This document shows, piece by piece, positions 51,301 to 58,158 of a stretch of 64,000 nucleotides of DNA (its first letter is position 1; every line of letters begins with the position of its first letter). The notes beneath the pieces are model-generated. The model saw only the letters and a list, made by a program, of their open reading frames with translations, was not told the DNA's origin and did not search any database. Source of the DNA: Caldisericia bacterium (GTDB taxonomy: Bacteria > Caldisericota > Caldisericia > JAAYUI01); assembly GCA_963674785.1 (NCBI GenBank), contig OY771555.1, forward strand, positions 2,016,001 to 2,080,000. Direction: 5' to 3'. The translations under genes were made by a program, and so were the position numbers.

Positions 51301-51379
51301 CTGTATTTCCAATTGAAAAAGCCGAAAACGACGAGACAATAAGAATAATAGAAATGACCATTGATAATAGTTTCTTCAT
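45302..51379 (-). CDS. giant secreted Cys-rich protein: FN3-like domain, stalk domain, about 22 OB-fold-like repeats
   Basis: SD GGAGG, signal peptide, VKLWWD..YYLYRG..YCYYAVA, RAFLLIRYVAE / GRTHIPLRF, then repeats of about 75-85 aa with GDC-x3-(C/G). Confidence 0.85.
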   Translation of the reverse strand: MKKLLSMVISIILIVSSFSAFSIGNTDMVFADEGFNLYATAGDGVVKLWWDEVPNAKQGYYLYRGETSGGQYLMPLTDFGILGNVYFDKNVENGRNYCYYAVALDDDASSFLKSNEVCVSVLEDLPTLIEPCKLVLTFTIDSAEYMVNGVKKMMSTPCIIDNNRAFLLIRYVAEAVGAEVLWDGIERKVTVVYKGKTIEMWIGKSVAKVNGVESPIDPNNPRVVPFIKNGRTHIPLRFPVESFGEGEVKWYAATKQAVLSFPDRCEETVEGLLVRYSDSTGLGHLKAFTGESYLLANMNSLADGFKPFVGDCLKVTGRNDHEDYPGYLYVSTAEIIECPYDGIKNWEGKVTELDCAKGEIHFTDFDGDSQMVLLPTDNKNLVSFCGRLQIGDCFRVSGKQIESNNGLYIVPENIETMDCPGETDEFECDGDWFSGKIIEIDCIGNSLKVELDGGDLVTVTLPKNINCMEMSDTWCVRICGDRISTDKISAKIVVAKPCSDDSCNGEKFVGKVLSLSEVAGILKLSHGDTYIEFDISGLPIDKSLNEMNCAEVCAYKVINSEIATNVSYKWVALSVKKSDCSRICDGRIIEARIERILSDCSKMLIFDLGLGKSYEIEIGQRNLCNLKIGQCYELCVVTEANNLSVTSAKKIDCPISCDGLQVFGVLKKVTSFDATIQLYGSERKYSFSISETQAKKLEENMCIEACIKFELSGSASLSWFAELEPDECGITEEQGCDGVELIVHIKEVDCDNNSMKIKIIDGHSMIKGMEMELPIDESIIKCSELENDSCAKVCGRIVGFTDFELIWWEKIDPELCGIEEPPAEETCDEDVIGRIVYLGCREDDKIIIDVDGVEETYISKDVSVCNGFKIGDCVSACLKVIPGIPPVVLSMEKLEDEKCPEVEPECDRNIKINIQNVYCDEGYIEGMEVLTVEARTPMPLKIHFNRTDFCEMKAGNCYEICVYTDENGRYHGQNFMLINCTVGFTCGGRMVDVKIIKKNPENMTLIYRLDGEIKQISVKPDIFESVSAGMCLRLCIDTDDEGSDVILDYREIQEKICDDDKCVSGRRFFGKIIAVESKDDLNGALIMLYGYSEPMYYELPSVPGWIPFDEDDCVELCVRFDPKSGYLKIEDFSFMPEDMCGYYCSDGNLWRGSIYDVDAERGIITLQKGVSLWALKVAPNLCKRFKIGDCVVACGQWQLENQIFVTTWIRKLPRMLCSNQCEGQVVEGEIVDLDPEQMKLVIDVSGKVIDVKTNLEITDLKPELCLRICITELLDDEKMFSSSWFEVVPCETEKTCEDDLIHAVVAEDFGELMVWVDGNRYEVLGVENEIAYKSGTCIEICGKFSQENTGVTSSTPIVINANWIRVLPDEECENKTDIWVCVTYEINDDQTGVVDYRGGKYEIHFPDDVSEKLNVGDCIKIIGTYVKKRQLFICDKLTILSEEECEACKVESVKASLIHLNIDEKVGYILQDGLIRKILFESHSVFEGYLHRIPKLIYPICVELCGEVNPFDNILFVTSMKLISQSECIGECGGLVYKGIVEEIDHDSGRMKLEHSKDRGEDFYYPDYFRIPKYINFELGRCVRVCTQPITITDTMVDMEWYPLVVWGDYLPIELCIVEEEPEPEPEPELEGQTWEGVVSRTYCVEDLLYCEIDGTTFMVGVPEDIKCESFVVGDCVEITGVYDEKYQIITALKIEKIACPENVETWDMVIFGTYCRDTKEPYYLARDGMLFYKVYLPENLKCETFKVGACITVEGVMKSSQRSEIGTSGESYIIAKRVSLRKCVSSGPYDAVVSSTDCDLWFMKVNYESSEYVLFYPSSFNCSSLEKGDCIRFYGRIQSGYLEADTIEKVDCPKEEETHTLFITSVNAKTGIITGLEKTTTYNIEVVKPFSISNYKIGECITATGTVSVPKGILGVAPTITPSKLTKARCPAENEFTVKVTDKKCLVIGGVPYLEVAYYRKTYKLFFTSKYNCEDFVVNQNYDVVGYTNTKEKYIHATVVTAQIGTPIPALNFGLEDYSFSSFE

Positions 51380-51468
51380 TTTTTGTTCCTCCAAAGCATC
51401 TAGTACTACACCCCGATTATAACACAAATTTTCTGTTGTCTACTTGACAAATAATTCATATATCCCAC

Positions 51469-51501
51469 AAAAAAAGAGCCCAGAAAAACTGGGCTCTTTT
51501 T
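51469..51501 (-). terminator. intrinsic terminator
   Basis: AAAAAGAGCCCAG-AAAAA-CTGGGCTCTTTTT. Confidence 0.88.
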
Positions 51502-51518
51502 GGTTAGCTATCTTTTAT

Positions 51519-52199
51519 TTATGCTTTATTTGGAAAATAGGGGCTCAAAACCTTTGCGAGGTCTCCTGCACACATGCTCCTGAGCCAAACTTTCCCCGGT
51601 CCTTTGACTTTTGCAAGGAATAATCCCTCTCCGCCAAGAAACATGTTTTTGAATCCCTTAAGTCTTTCAACATCAAACTCAACAGATGATTCAAGTATCG
51701 CAACGTGTCCAGTATCTACCATCAGTACCTCACCATCTGCAAGGTCTTTGACAGTCATTGCACCATCGACTTCAAGGAAAACATCACCTGGGCCAGAGAT
51801 TTTGTTCATTATGAATCCCATTCCACCAAAAAGTCCGGCCATCAATTTTTTTCTGAAGAACATCTCCAACTTAATGTCTTCAGAACCAGCCAGGAATGTA
51901 CCTTTCTGAGCAATTATATGTTGACCTTCTTCAAGTTTCATATGAACAATCTGACCCGGGAATGATGAAACGAAGGCAATTTCATCGTTATTCTCAGTTG
52001 ATGTAAAGGTGTTTACAAATGCACTCTCACCTGCAAGCCCTCTTTTAAAGGCACCCATCAATCCACCCTTCATGCTCGTTTCCATCTTCACACCAGGAGT
52101 CATCCAACTCATTCCACCCGATTCAGACATCATTTTTTCACCTTCTGTCATCTTGCATACAACAACTGGTAACTGACCACCTAAAACTTCAAATTCCAT
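51519..52199 (-). CDS. TIGR00266/AIM24 family protein
   Basis: ESGGMSWM, GESAF, GGEGLFLA..GPGKVWL. Confidence 0.9.
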   Translation of the reverse strand: MEFEVLGGQLPVVVCKMTEGEKMMSESGGMSWMTPGVKMETSMKGGLMGAFKRGLAGESAFVNTFTSTENNDEIAFVSSFPGQIVHMKLEEGQHIIAQKGTFLAGSEDIKLEMFFRKKLMAGLFGGMGFIMNKISGPGDVFLEVDGAMTVKDLADGEVLMVDTGHVAILESSVEFDVERLKGFKNMFLGGEGLFLAKVKGPGKVWLRSMCAGDLAKVLSPYFPNKA

Positions 52200-52299
52200 A
52201 AAAGACTCCTTTAAATGTTTTTTTATAATCAAATTCTATCGCTTACCAAAAATATTGCAAACAGTTTTGATTATCTTTTATATGTCTATTTTATTTCAC

Positions 52300-52327
52300 T
52301 TGCCAAAAACTGTTTTTTTGATATATT
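52300..52327 (+). promoter_or_regulatory. sigma70 promoter of the panT-coaX-dusB operon
   Basis: TTGCCA-N16-TATATT with extended TGn. Confidence 0.65.
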
Positions 52328-52332
52328 CCCAC

Positions 52333-52398
52333 TGGTGGCATTGTAGAAAACTACAAGCCAAACAAAAAAAGGCTTCTACCAAAATCAGGAGAAGACCT
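52333..52398 (+). promoter_or_regulatory. pan-motif-like tandem hairpin 5' leader RNA
   Basis: Two hairpins with bulged adenosines immediately before the SD of a pantothenate-related operon. Confidence 0.55.
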
Positions 52399-52413
52399 AA
52401 AGGAGTTGAACAG

Positions 52414-53229
52414 ATGTTCAAACTTACAACAAAACAGTTGACTCTCACAGGAGTCTTGGGTGCTCTCATGATAATCATGGGACTTATCGGTGGACTTGTT
52501 CCTGTACCAAATCTTGCAGGCGCAATGACACTTTATCACATCCCCATCATCATCGGTGCAATCGTCTGTGGCCCAACAGTTGGATTCTTGCTTGGAGTTA
52601 TTTTTGCAACGATTCTATTTATCCAAATGGGTGCAGCGTTTCCTCCACACGTTTTGCTTCCTGCAAGAGTTTTAATTGGACCTTTCGCTTGGCTAGCATT
52701 CACCGGAGTAAAAAAGCTCTTTGGTAAAGAAGAAACAATCAAGCCAATTTGGGCATATATAATTGGTGGACTGGTTATTGCTGGGATTTTATTCGTCGGA
52801 ATCAAAACCTTTAATGTTGTTGCACCTGAAGCAATTGCAACCGAGGTCGGTAAAATTGCCAAGTTGAAACCTGAAATTCTCACTCCTCTTCAACAAGGAA
52901 TTCAATCAATCACTCAAGCTTTTAACTCACTGAGTACAAACGGAATCATGTTTACAATTGCTCTTGCATTTGCCTTTGGAATTCCCGGAATCATCACACT
53001 TCTCAAAATGAAAAAAATCAGCACCGCAACATCAGTTGCAGCAGTTGTTGGAACATTAACAAATACAGTAATCACACTTGGGCTTGCCGTAGTATTCGGA
53101 GTTTTCCCATTCGGAGTTGTTGTGAGCATTGCAGCAACAAACGGAGTAATCGAGCTTATTCTAGCTGTTGTTCTTTGCATGGCAATCGTCCCTCCACTTC
53201 TTGAAAGATTTGGCGATAACGCGATTTAA
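52414..53229 (+). CDS. ECF transporter S component, PanT-like, with insertion
   Basis: HIPIIIG..GP, ARVLIG, GTLTNT, NGVIE motifs; next to coaX; SD AGGAG. Confidence 0.8.
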   Translation: MFKLTTKQLTLTGVLGALMIIMGLIGGLVPVPNLAGAMTLYHIPIIIGAIVCGPTVGFLLGVIFATILFIQMGAAFPPHVLLPARVLIGPFAWLAFTGVKKLFGKEETIKPIWAYIIGGLVIAGILFVGIKTFNVVAPEAIATEVGKIAKLKPEILTPLQQGIQSITQAFNSLSTNGIMFTIALAFAFGIPGIITLLKMKKISTATSVAAVVGTLTNTVITLGLAVVFGVFPFGVVVSIAATNGVIELILAVVLCMAIVPPLLERFGDNAI

Positions 53230-53246
53230 GGAAAGCTGGTAAATAA

Positions 53247-54038
53247 ATGAACGGTGGCTCCCTAATTCTTGCTGTAGACTGCGGCAACACAAACATAAAA
53301 TTCGGTGTTTTTGAAGGTTCTGAGCTCAAAAAGCAATTCAGAATCCAAACCGACCCAGCAAAGACATCTGATGAGTACTATGTTATTTTAAGAACTCTTT
53401 TGCTTGCAGATAAAATCGAACCATCAGAATTTCAGGGAGCCATTCTCTCCTCAGTTGTTCCTCCAGTTTTACCACTTCTTGAAAGGGCAATTGAAAAAAC
53501 CCTTGGTCATACTTGTTTAACTGTTCGACCGGGCATCAAAACTGGGGTTGCAATTGCTGCAGAAAACCCAAAAGAACTCGGTTCCGACCTTCTCTGTCTT
53601 GCAGTTGGCGCACACACTCGCCACGAATTGCCAGCGATCATTATCTCGCTTGGAACAGCAACAGCATTTGTTGCTGTTTCTGAAAAAACCGAAATTCTGG
53701 GTGTCGCAATTGCCCCGGGAATTCTTACCGGTGCAAGGTCTCTTGCATCAGGCGCTGCAAAACTTCCAGAAATAGAACTTGCAAAACCAAGCTGTGCCCT
53801 TGGGAAAAATACAATTCAGGCGATGAGATCAGGAATCGTTTATGGTTTTTCCGGGCTTGTTGACCGGGTTTGCATCGAGATGTCAAAAGAGATGAAGAAA
53901 CAACCAATCATAATTGCAACTGGCGGACTTCTGAATATTATCTCTCAAACAACAATATCAATAAACAGGTACGATCCATTCCTTTCACTTTATGGACTTA
54001 AAGCACTCTATGACAAAAACGTGGAAAATAGCAAATAA
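53247..54038 (+). CDS. coaX: type III pantothenate kinase (variant)
   Basis: DCGNTN, SSVVP, LGSD, GTAT, IAPG, NTIQAMRSG, ATGG. Confidence 0.9.
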   Translation: MNGGSLILAVDCGNTNIKFGVFEGSELKKQFRIQTDPAKTSDEYYVILRTLLLADKIEPSEFQGAILSSVVPPVLPLLERAIEKTLGHTCLTVRPGIKTGVAIAAENPKELGSDLLCLAVGAHTRHELPAIIISLGTATAFVAVSEKTEILGVAIAPGILTGARSLASGAAKLPEIELAKPSCALGKNTIQAMRSGIVYGFSGLVDRVCIEMSKEMKKQPIIIATGGLLNIISQTTISINRYDPFLSLYGLKALYDKNVENSK

Positions 54039-54999
54039 GGAAATTCCAAACAGGGTTATTCTTGCCCCGCTTGCGGGAGTCGGCGACAGAGTTTTCAGGA
54101 AAATCAACAGAAGGCTTGGTGCAGGTCTCATATACACCGAGTTCATCTCTGCTCTTGGGCTTCTCTATAAAAACAAAAAAACTCACAAGATGATTGAGCT
54201 GGGGGACTGGGAAAACCCAGTTACAATCCAGCTTTTCGGAAGAGAACCCCATCATCTTGCAGAGGCTTCCAAACATATCGAACAAACAGGTGCTGACTTT
54301 GTAGACCTCAACTGCGGATGTCCTGAGCCAAAGGTCGTAAAAAATGGCGCTGGTTCAGCACTTTTATCAGAACCAGACAGAATCGCAAGAATCACAGAGG
54401 CAATGGTTAAGGCTGTAAACATCCCCGTCACTGTCAAAATCAGGATGGGACTGACAAAAGACAAACCAATCTACATGGAGCTTTCCAAAATGATTGAAGA
54501 TGCTGGAGCCTCAGCACTTGCAATCAACTGCTGTTTTGCAAGCCAGGGCAGACGTGGCCCATACCACTGGGAGATTCTTAATGAACTGGTTTCTGAGTTG
54601 TCCATTCCTGTTATTGGCAACGGTGGAATCAACACTCCAGAAGACGCTCTTGAAATCATGAAAACAGGTGTGCCTGCTATCATGATTGGAAGGGCTTGTC
54701 TCGGAAACCCGTGGGTATTCAGGCAGATGAACGCTGCACTATCTGGTGAACCAATCCCGGGAGACCCGACAATTGATGAGAGGTTTGCTGTAATGACCGA
54801 ACACCTCACAGAAGAGGTCAAACTTCATGGTGAATACATTGGTATTGCCGAGATGCGTAAGCATTATGCTTGGTATGTTAAAGGTATGCCGGGGGCATCA
54901 ACCTTCAGAGGAAAAGCCGTCAGAGCAAAAACAATGGAGGAGATGTTGGGTTTGCTTGAGGAGTATAGGGAGTATTTACTAAATCCCTCTCATCAATAA
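54010..54999 (+). CDS. dusB: tRNA-dihydrouridine synthase B family
   Basis: LAPLAG, QLFG, LNCGCP, VTVKIRMG, GNGG, IGRACLGNPW, MRKH. Confidence 0.9.
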   Translation: MTKTWKIANKEIPNRVILAPLAGVGDRVFRKINRRLGAGLIYTEFISALGLLYKNKKTHKMIELGDWENPVTIQLFGREPHHLAEASKHIEQTGADFVDLNCGCPEPKVVKNGAGSALLSEPDRIARITEAMVKAVNIPVTVKIRMGLTKDKPIYMELSKMIEDAGASALAINCCFASQGRRGPYHWEILNELVSELSIPVIGNGGINTPEDALEIMKTGVPAIMIGRACLGNPWVFRQMNAALSGEPIPGDPTIDERFAVMTEHLTEEVKLHGEYIGIAEMRKHYAWYVKGMPGASTFRGKAVRAKTMEEMLGLLEEYREYLLNPSHQ

Positions 55000-55085
55000 T
55001 TAAAAGTTCTACTTAAGTATTGTTACAGTTTTTTACAATTTGCAAAATCCAAAACATTTAATTATTATAATTTTTGGAGGTTGTA

Positions 55086-56909
55086 ATGAATAAATCAACT
55101 GAAGTTATCAAATCACCTGAAGTAAAGGCTTCTGATCTAACCATCAAGGGAGTGTTTCAAAGCTTCTATATTATTCCAGAATACCAACGAGAATACGTTT
55201 GGTGTACAGAAAATGTTGAGTTATTGCTATCTGATACTTTTGATACTTTGATTGAATCGAGCGGTGACGAGAAAGATGAGTATTTCATTGGAAGCATCGT
55301 TGTTGTAAAGGATAAGAAGTCAAATTTTCTTGTGATCGATGGGCAGCAGAGGCTAATCACAATTTTTCTTATTTTTTGCGCAATCAGAGATTATTTCAAA
55401 AAACTAGGGAAGGAAAGACCAATAAGCATGATTGAAAAGCTACTTTTCGAAGACCGTCCTGATGATACTGGTTTGGAGAAGATTAATACATTTAGAATCA
55501 AAGTAAATTTTGATGAAACTCAAAAAGTTCTTGAAGCAATAGGCAAAGGAGAAAGTCTAAAAGAATCTATAAAGAAGATTGAACCATTGTCTGAATCAGA
55601 AGAAAAGATCATCAATGCTTATGAGACTGCTTTAGATTTCATAAATGAAAAAAATGATATCAATCTTATTGGTAGATATTGGAAGTATTTAAGCGAGAAA
55701 GTAAAACTGATAAGGATTAATACGGACAATACACAAAATGCAGTAAAAGTTTTTGCCACAATTAATGACCGAGGTCTCGCCCTAGGTCCGGTTAACCTAA
55801 TAAGAAATCTAATTTTTAGCAATGCACAAGATGGTGATTTTGAAAAAATTAAAGATATATGGAAGAAGTTTTCTGAGATTTTATGGAAATCAAAAGAAGC
55901 TCCATTGAGATTTATGAGGTATTACGTATTATCAAACTACAATATCACTCCAAAGGATATCCCAAGACGAGATTCAGTTTACAGCTGGTTTAATAATCAT
56001 TCTGAGCTAATAGGATTAAAAAACAACCCAATAAGTTTTGCTGAAAAGTTATTAGAGCAAGCTCATTTTTGGGATCTCTATGTAAACAGTAAATCTAATG
56101 ATGGGTCCGAAAATGAATTTCTAGAAAATGTTAAAATTATGGGGAACAATACATTCAGACATCATTTTATCCTACTATTAGCTGCAAGAAAATTAGAAAA
56201 AAATCTGTTTGAAAAACTAACACAATCAATCGAAAATCTTATCTTTGTCTACGAAATAACTGGAATCCGATCAAATACAAGAGAGAAAGAGTTTATTTCA
56301 ATTGGAAACAGTTTAAGAAAAGTCACAAATAGCGAGTCTTTTTTTAAATTTTTAGATGAAGGTATTGCAAGGAGAATTAATGAGAATAAACTAAGTTTTG
56401 AAAATAAGTTCAAAGAATTACGCTATATGGAAACTCCTATAAAACAAGCATACAAAATGAAGTATATATTGTCCAAACTCTCTCAGCATCTTGATGATTG
56501 TGCAGGAAAAGGAAAAAGCAAAATCTCAGACTATTTTTCCAAATACTCGATAGAACATATTCTCCCTTCTTCAGTTGCAAAAGGACAAAACCCACAATGG
56601 AAGTTTGACAAAAAAGAGCAAATAAATGATTATGTCAACCATATAGGGAATCTAACTCTACTTGAAACAAATCTCAATTCCTCCGCTAGCGATAAACTCT
56701 TTGAAAAAAAACAGACTGAATATTACAGTGAATCGGCTTCCTTTTTAACAAGACTACTGGGGGGAAAGAAAACAATTGGTGAAAACACCAAGTGGAATAA
56801 AACATTTAAAAGGTATTATTTTGATATCTCTAATTGGGATTCTGTAACGATCAAAAAAAGAGCTGAAAAAATATCAAGATTAGCTTCAAAAGTTTGGTGT
56901 GAAATCTAA
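55086..56909 (+). CDS. GmrSD-like DUF262 + DUF1524 (HNH) modification-dependent nuclease
   Basis: IPEYQREYVW, IDGQQR, FATINDRG, IEHILP, IGNLTLL..N; visibly AT-richer than its flanks. Confidence 0.88.
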   Translation: MNKSTEVIKSPEVKASDLTIKGVFQSFYIIPEYQREYVWCTENVELLLSDTFDTLIESSGDEKDEYFIGSIVVVKDKKSNFLVIDGQQRLITIFLIFCAIRDYFKKLGKERPISMIEKLLFEDRPDDTGLEKINTFRIKVNFDETQKVLEAIGKGESLKESIKKIEPLSESEEKIINAYETALDFINEKNDINLIGRYWKYLSEKVKLIRINTDNTQNAVKVFATINDRGLALGPVNLIRNLIFSNAQDGDFEKIKDIWKKFSEILWKSKEAPLRFMRYYVLSNYNITPKDIPRRDSVYSWFNNHSELIGLKNNPISFAEKLLEQAHFWDLYVNSKSNDGSENEFLENVKIMGNNTFRHHFILLLAARKLEKNLFEKLTQSIENLIFVYEITGIRSNTREKEFISIGNSLRKVTNSESFFKFLDEGIARRINENKLSFENKFKELRYMETPIKQAYKMKYILSKLSQHLDDCAGKGKSKISDYFSKYSIEHILPSSVAKGQNPQWKFDKKEQINDYVNHIGNLTLLETNLNSSASDKLFEKKQTEYYSESASFLTRLLGGKKTIGENTKWNKTFKRYYFDISNWDSVTIKKRAEKISRLASKVWCEI

Positions 56910-56950
56910 ATCGCCGGCTCCACCCAGTGAAACCAGCGATTTAGATTTTT
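56902..56950. terminator. hairpin, likely bidirectional terminator
   Basis: 13-bp perfect inverted repeat AAATCTAAATCGC / GCGATTTAGATTT between convergent genes. Confidence 0.65.
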
Positions 56951-56973
56951 ATTTGGATTATTAATTTGTGAGA

Positions 56974-57732
56974 TTACTTCTTCAACAAATCCCCGATCAC
57001 ATCTTTAATCTGCAATTCTGCAGGGGTTGTGCCTTTTGGTGGGATGAGATAGCTCTGTTCCATGACAAGCCCAACTGTAAATGGAAGTTTTTTGGAAAAC
57101 ATGAATGAAAGAAGATCTGTTGTGTAGTCATCGATTCCTTCGGGAATCTCAAACTGAAGAGCGTTATCCTGAATAGGTATTGGAATCACCATCTCTGAAA
57201 ATTCTTTTCCATCAACAAACATTGTAAGAGTCAAAGGATTGTCAGGTGTCGCATTTGCTGTATAGGCTGAAAGTTTTGTGCCAGCTTCAGAACTCAGCCC
57301 AACATATAACCCAAGGGATTCCATCTGATCATCAAAATATATTGATCTTACCGCTTCAATCTCTTCAGATTCAGCAATTGGACTATCTGCACCCTTCTCC
57401 TTGATGACGATATTCAATGGAGTGATAAGCAGAGAGGCGATCATATCAGGATCGTGTGCACCAGTGATTTCGACGATTGCTTTCCTCCCACCTTCTTGAA
57501 CTTGGAAGATTCGCATGTCGGCGAAATCATAGATTCTTGCTTCGTAAACATCTTTAAGCTCACTCCAATCAAAATCTGTTGCCTCTGGTGGGACTGTTAG
57601 AGTAAGGTGTGTGAAGGAATAGATGTTTGTTGTTTCTGATTCTCTTTTGCAACTTGAGCTTGAAAAAAAGAAAAATACACCAACGATCAAAAGAAAGACT
57701 ATACAAATCGTAATAACTACATTTTTACTCAT
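56974..57732 (-). CDS. membrane-anchored protein resembling the SecD extracytoplasmic P1 domain
   Basis: Single N-terminal TM; YEARI..AIVEITGAHDP and LSSEAGTKLSAYT..LTMFVDG..IPIPI resemble SecD P1 base and head. Confidence 0.55.
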   Translation of the reverse strand: MSKNVVITICIVFLLIVGVFFFFSSSSCKRESETTNIYSFTHLTLTVPPEATDFDWSELKDVYEARIYDFADMRIFQVQEGGRKAIVEITGAHDPDMIASLLITPLNIVIKEKGADSPIAESEEIEAVRSIYFDDQMESLGLYVGLSSEAGTKLSAYTANATPDNPLTLTMFVDGKEFSEMVIPIPIQDNALQFEIPEGIDDYTTDLLSFMFSKKLPFTVGLVMEQSYLIPPKGTTPAELQIKDVIGDLLKK

Positions 57733-57738
57733 AAATTC

Positions 57739-58158
57739 CTACTCCTGCTCCAGTTCAAGCAAAACTCCACCGGTTGATTTTGGATGTACAAATGCTATTG
57801 GTTTTCCTGCTGCACCAATTCGAGGTTCATTATCGATCATTCTGATTTCTTTGTTTTTAAATTCTGAAATCTTTTCTGGAACGTCGGCTACCTCAATACA
57901 CATGTGGTGAATTCCCTGACCTTTTTTCTCCATGTATTTTGCAATTGGTGAATCATCAGAGGTTGGCTCAAGCAGCTCAACAACAAGACCATTGTAGACC
58001 ATTTTTGCAACTTTTACTTTCTGCTCTTCGACAACACCCTCATGCTCACAGACAAACCCAAGAGCTTCCCAGGTTTTCTTGCTTTCCTCAATATCTTTTA
58101 CGGCTACTCCAATATGTGAAAGTCCACTCATTTTTGCTATTTTCTCCTTGTCACCCAT
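57739..58158 (-). CDS. mce: methylmalonyl-CoA epimerase
   Basis: HIGVAV, ELLEP, GIHH, FVHPKSTGGVLLEL; TAATG-coupled to the mutase. Confidence 0.92.
   Translation of the reverse strand: MGDKEKIAKMSGLSHIGVAVKDIEESKKTWEALGFVCEHEGVVEEQKVKVAKMVYNGLVVELLEPTSDDSPIAKYMEKKGQGIHHMCIEVADVPEKISEFKNKEIRMIDNEPRIGAAGKPIAFVHPKSTGGVLLELEQE

Noticed and set aside
56902-56950. attC-like site after the GmrSD gene (ATCTAAA...TTTAGAT)
   Set aside because: It lacks the AAC/GTT core, is shorter than typical attC sites, is single-copy and has no integrase nearby; a terminator explains it better.
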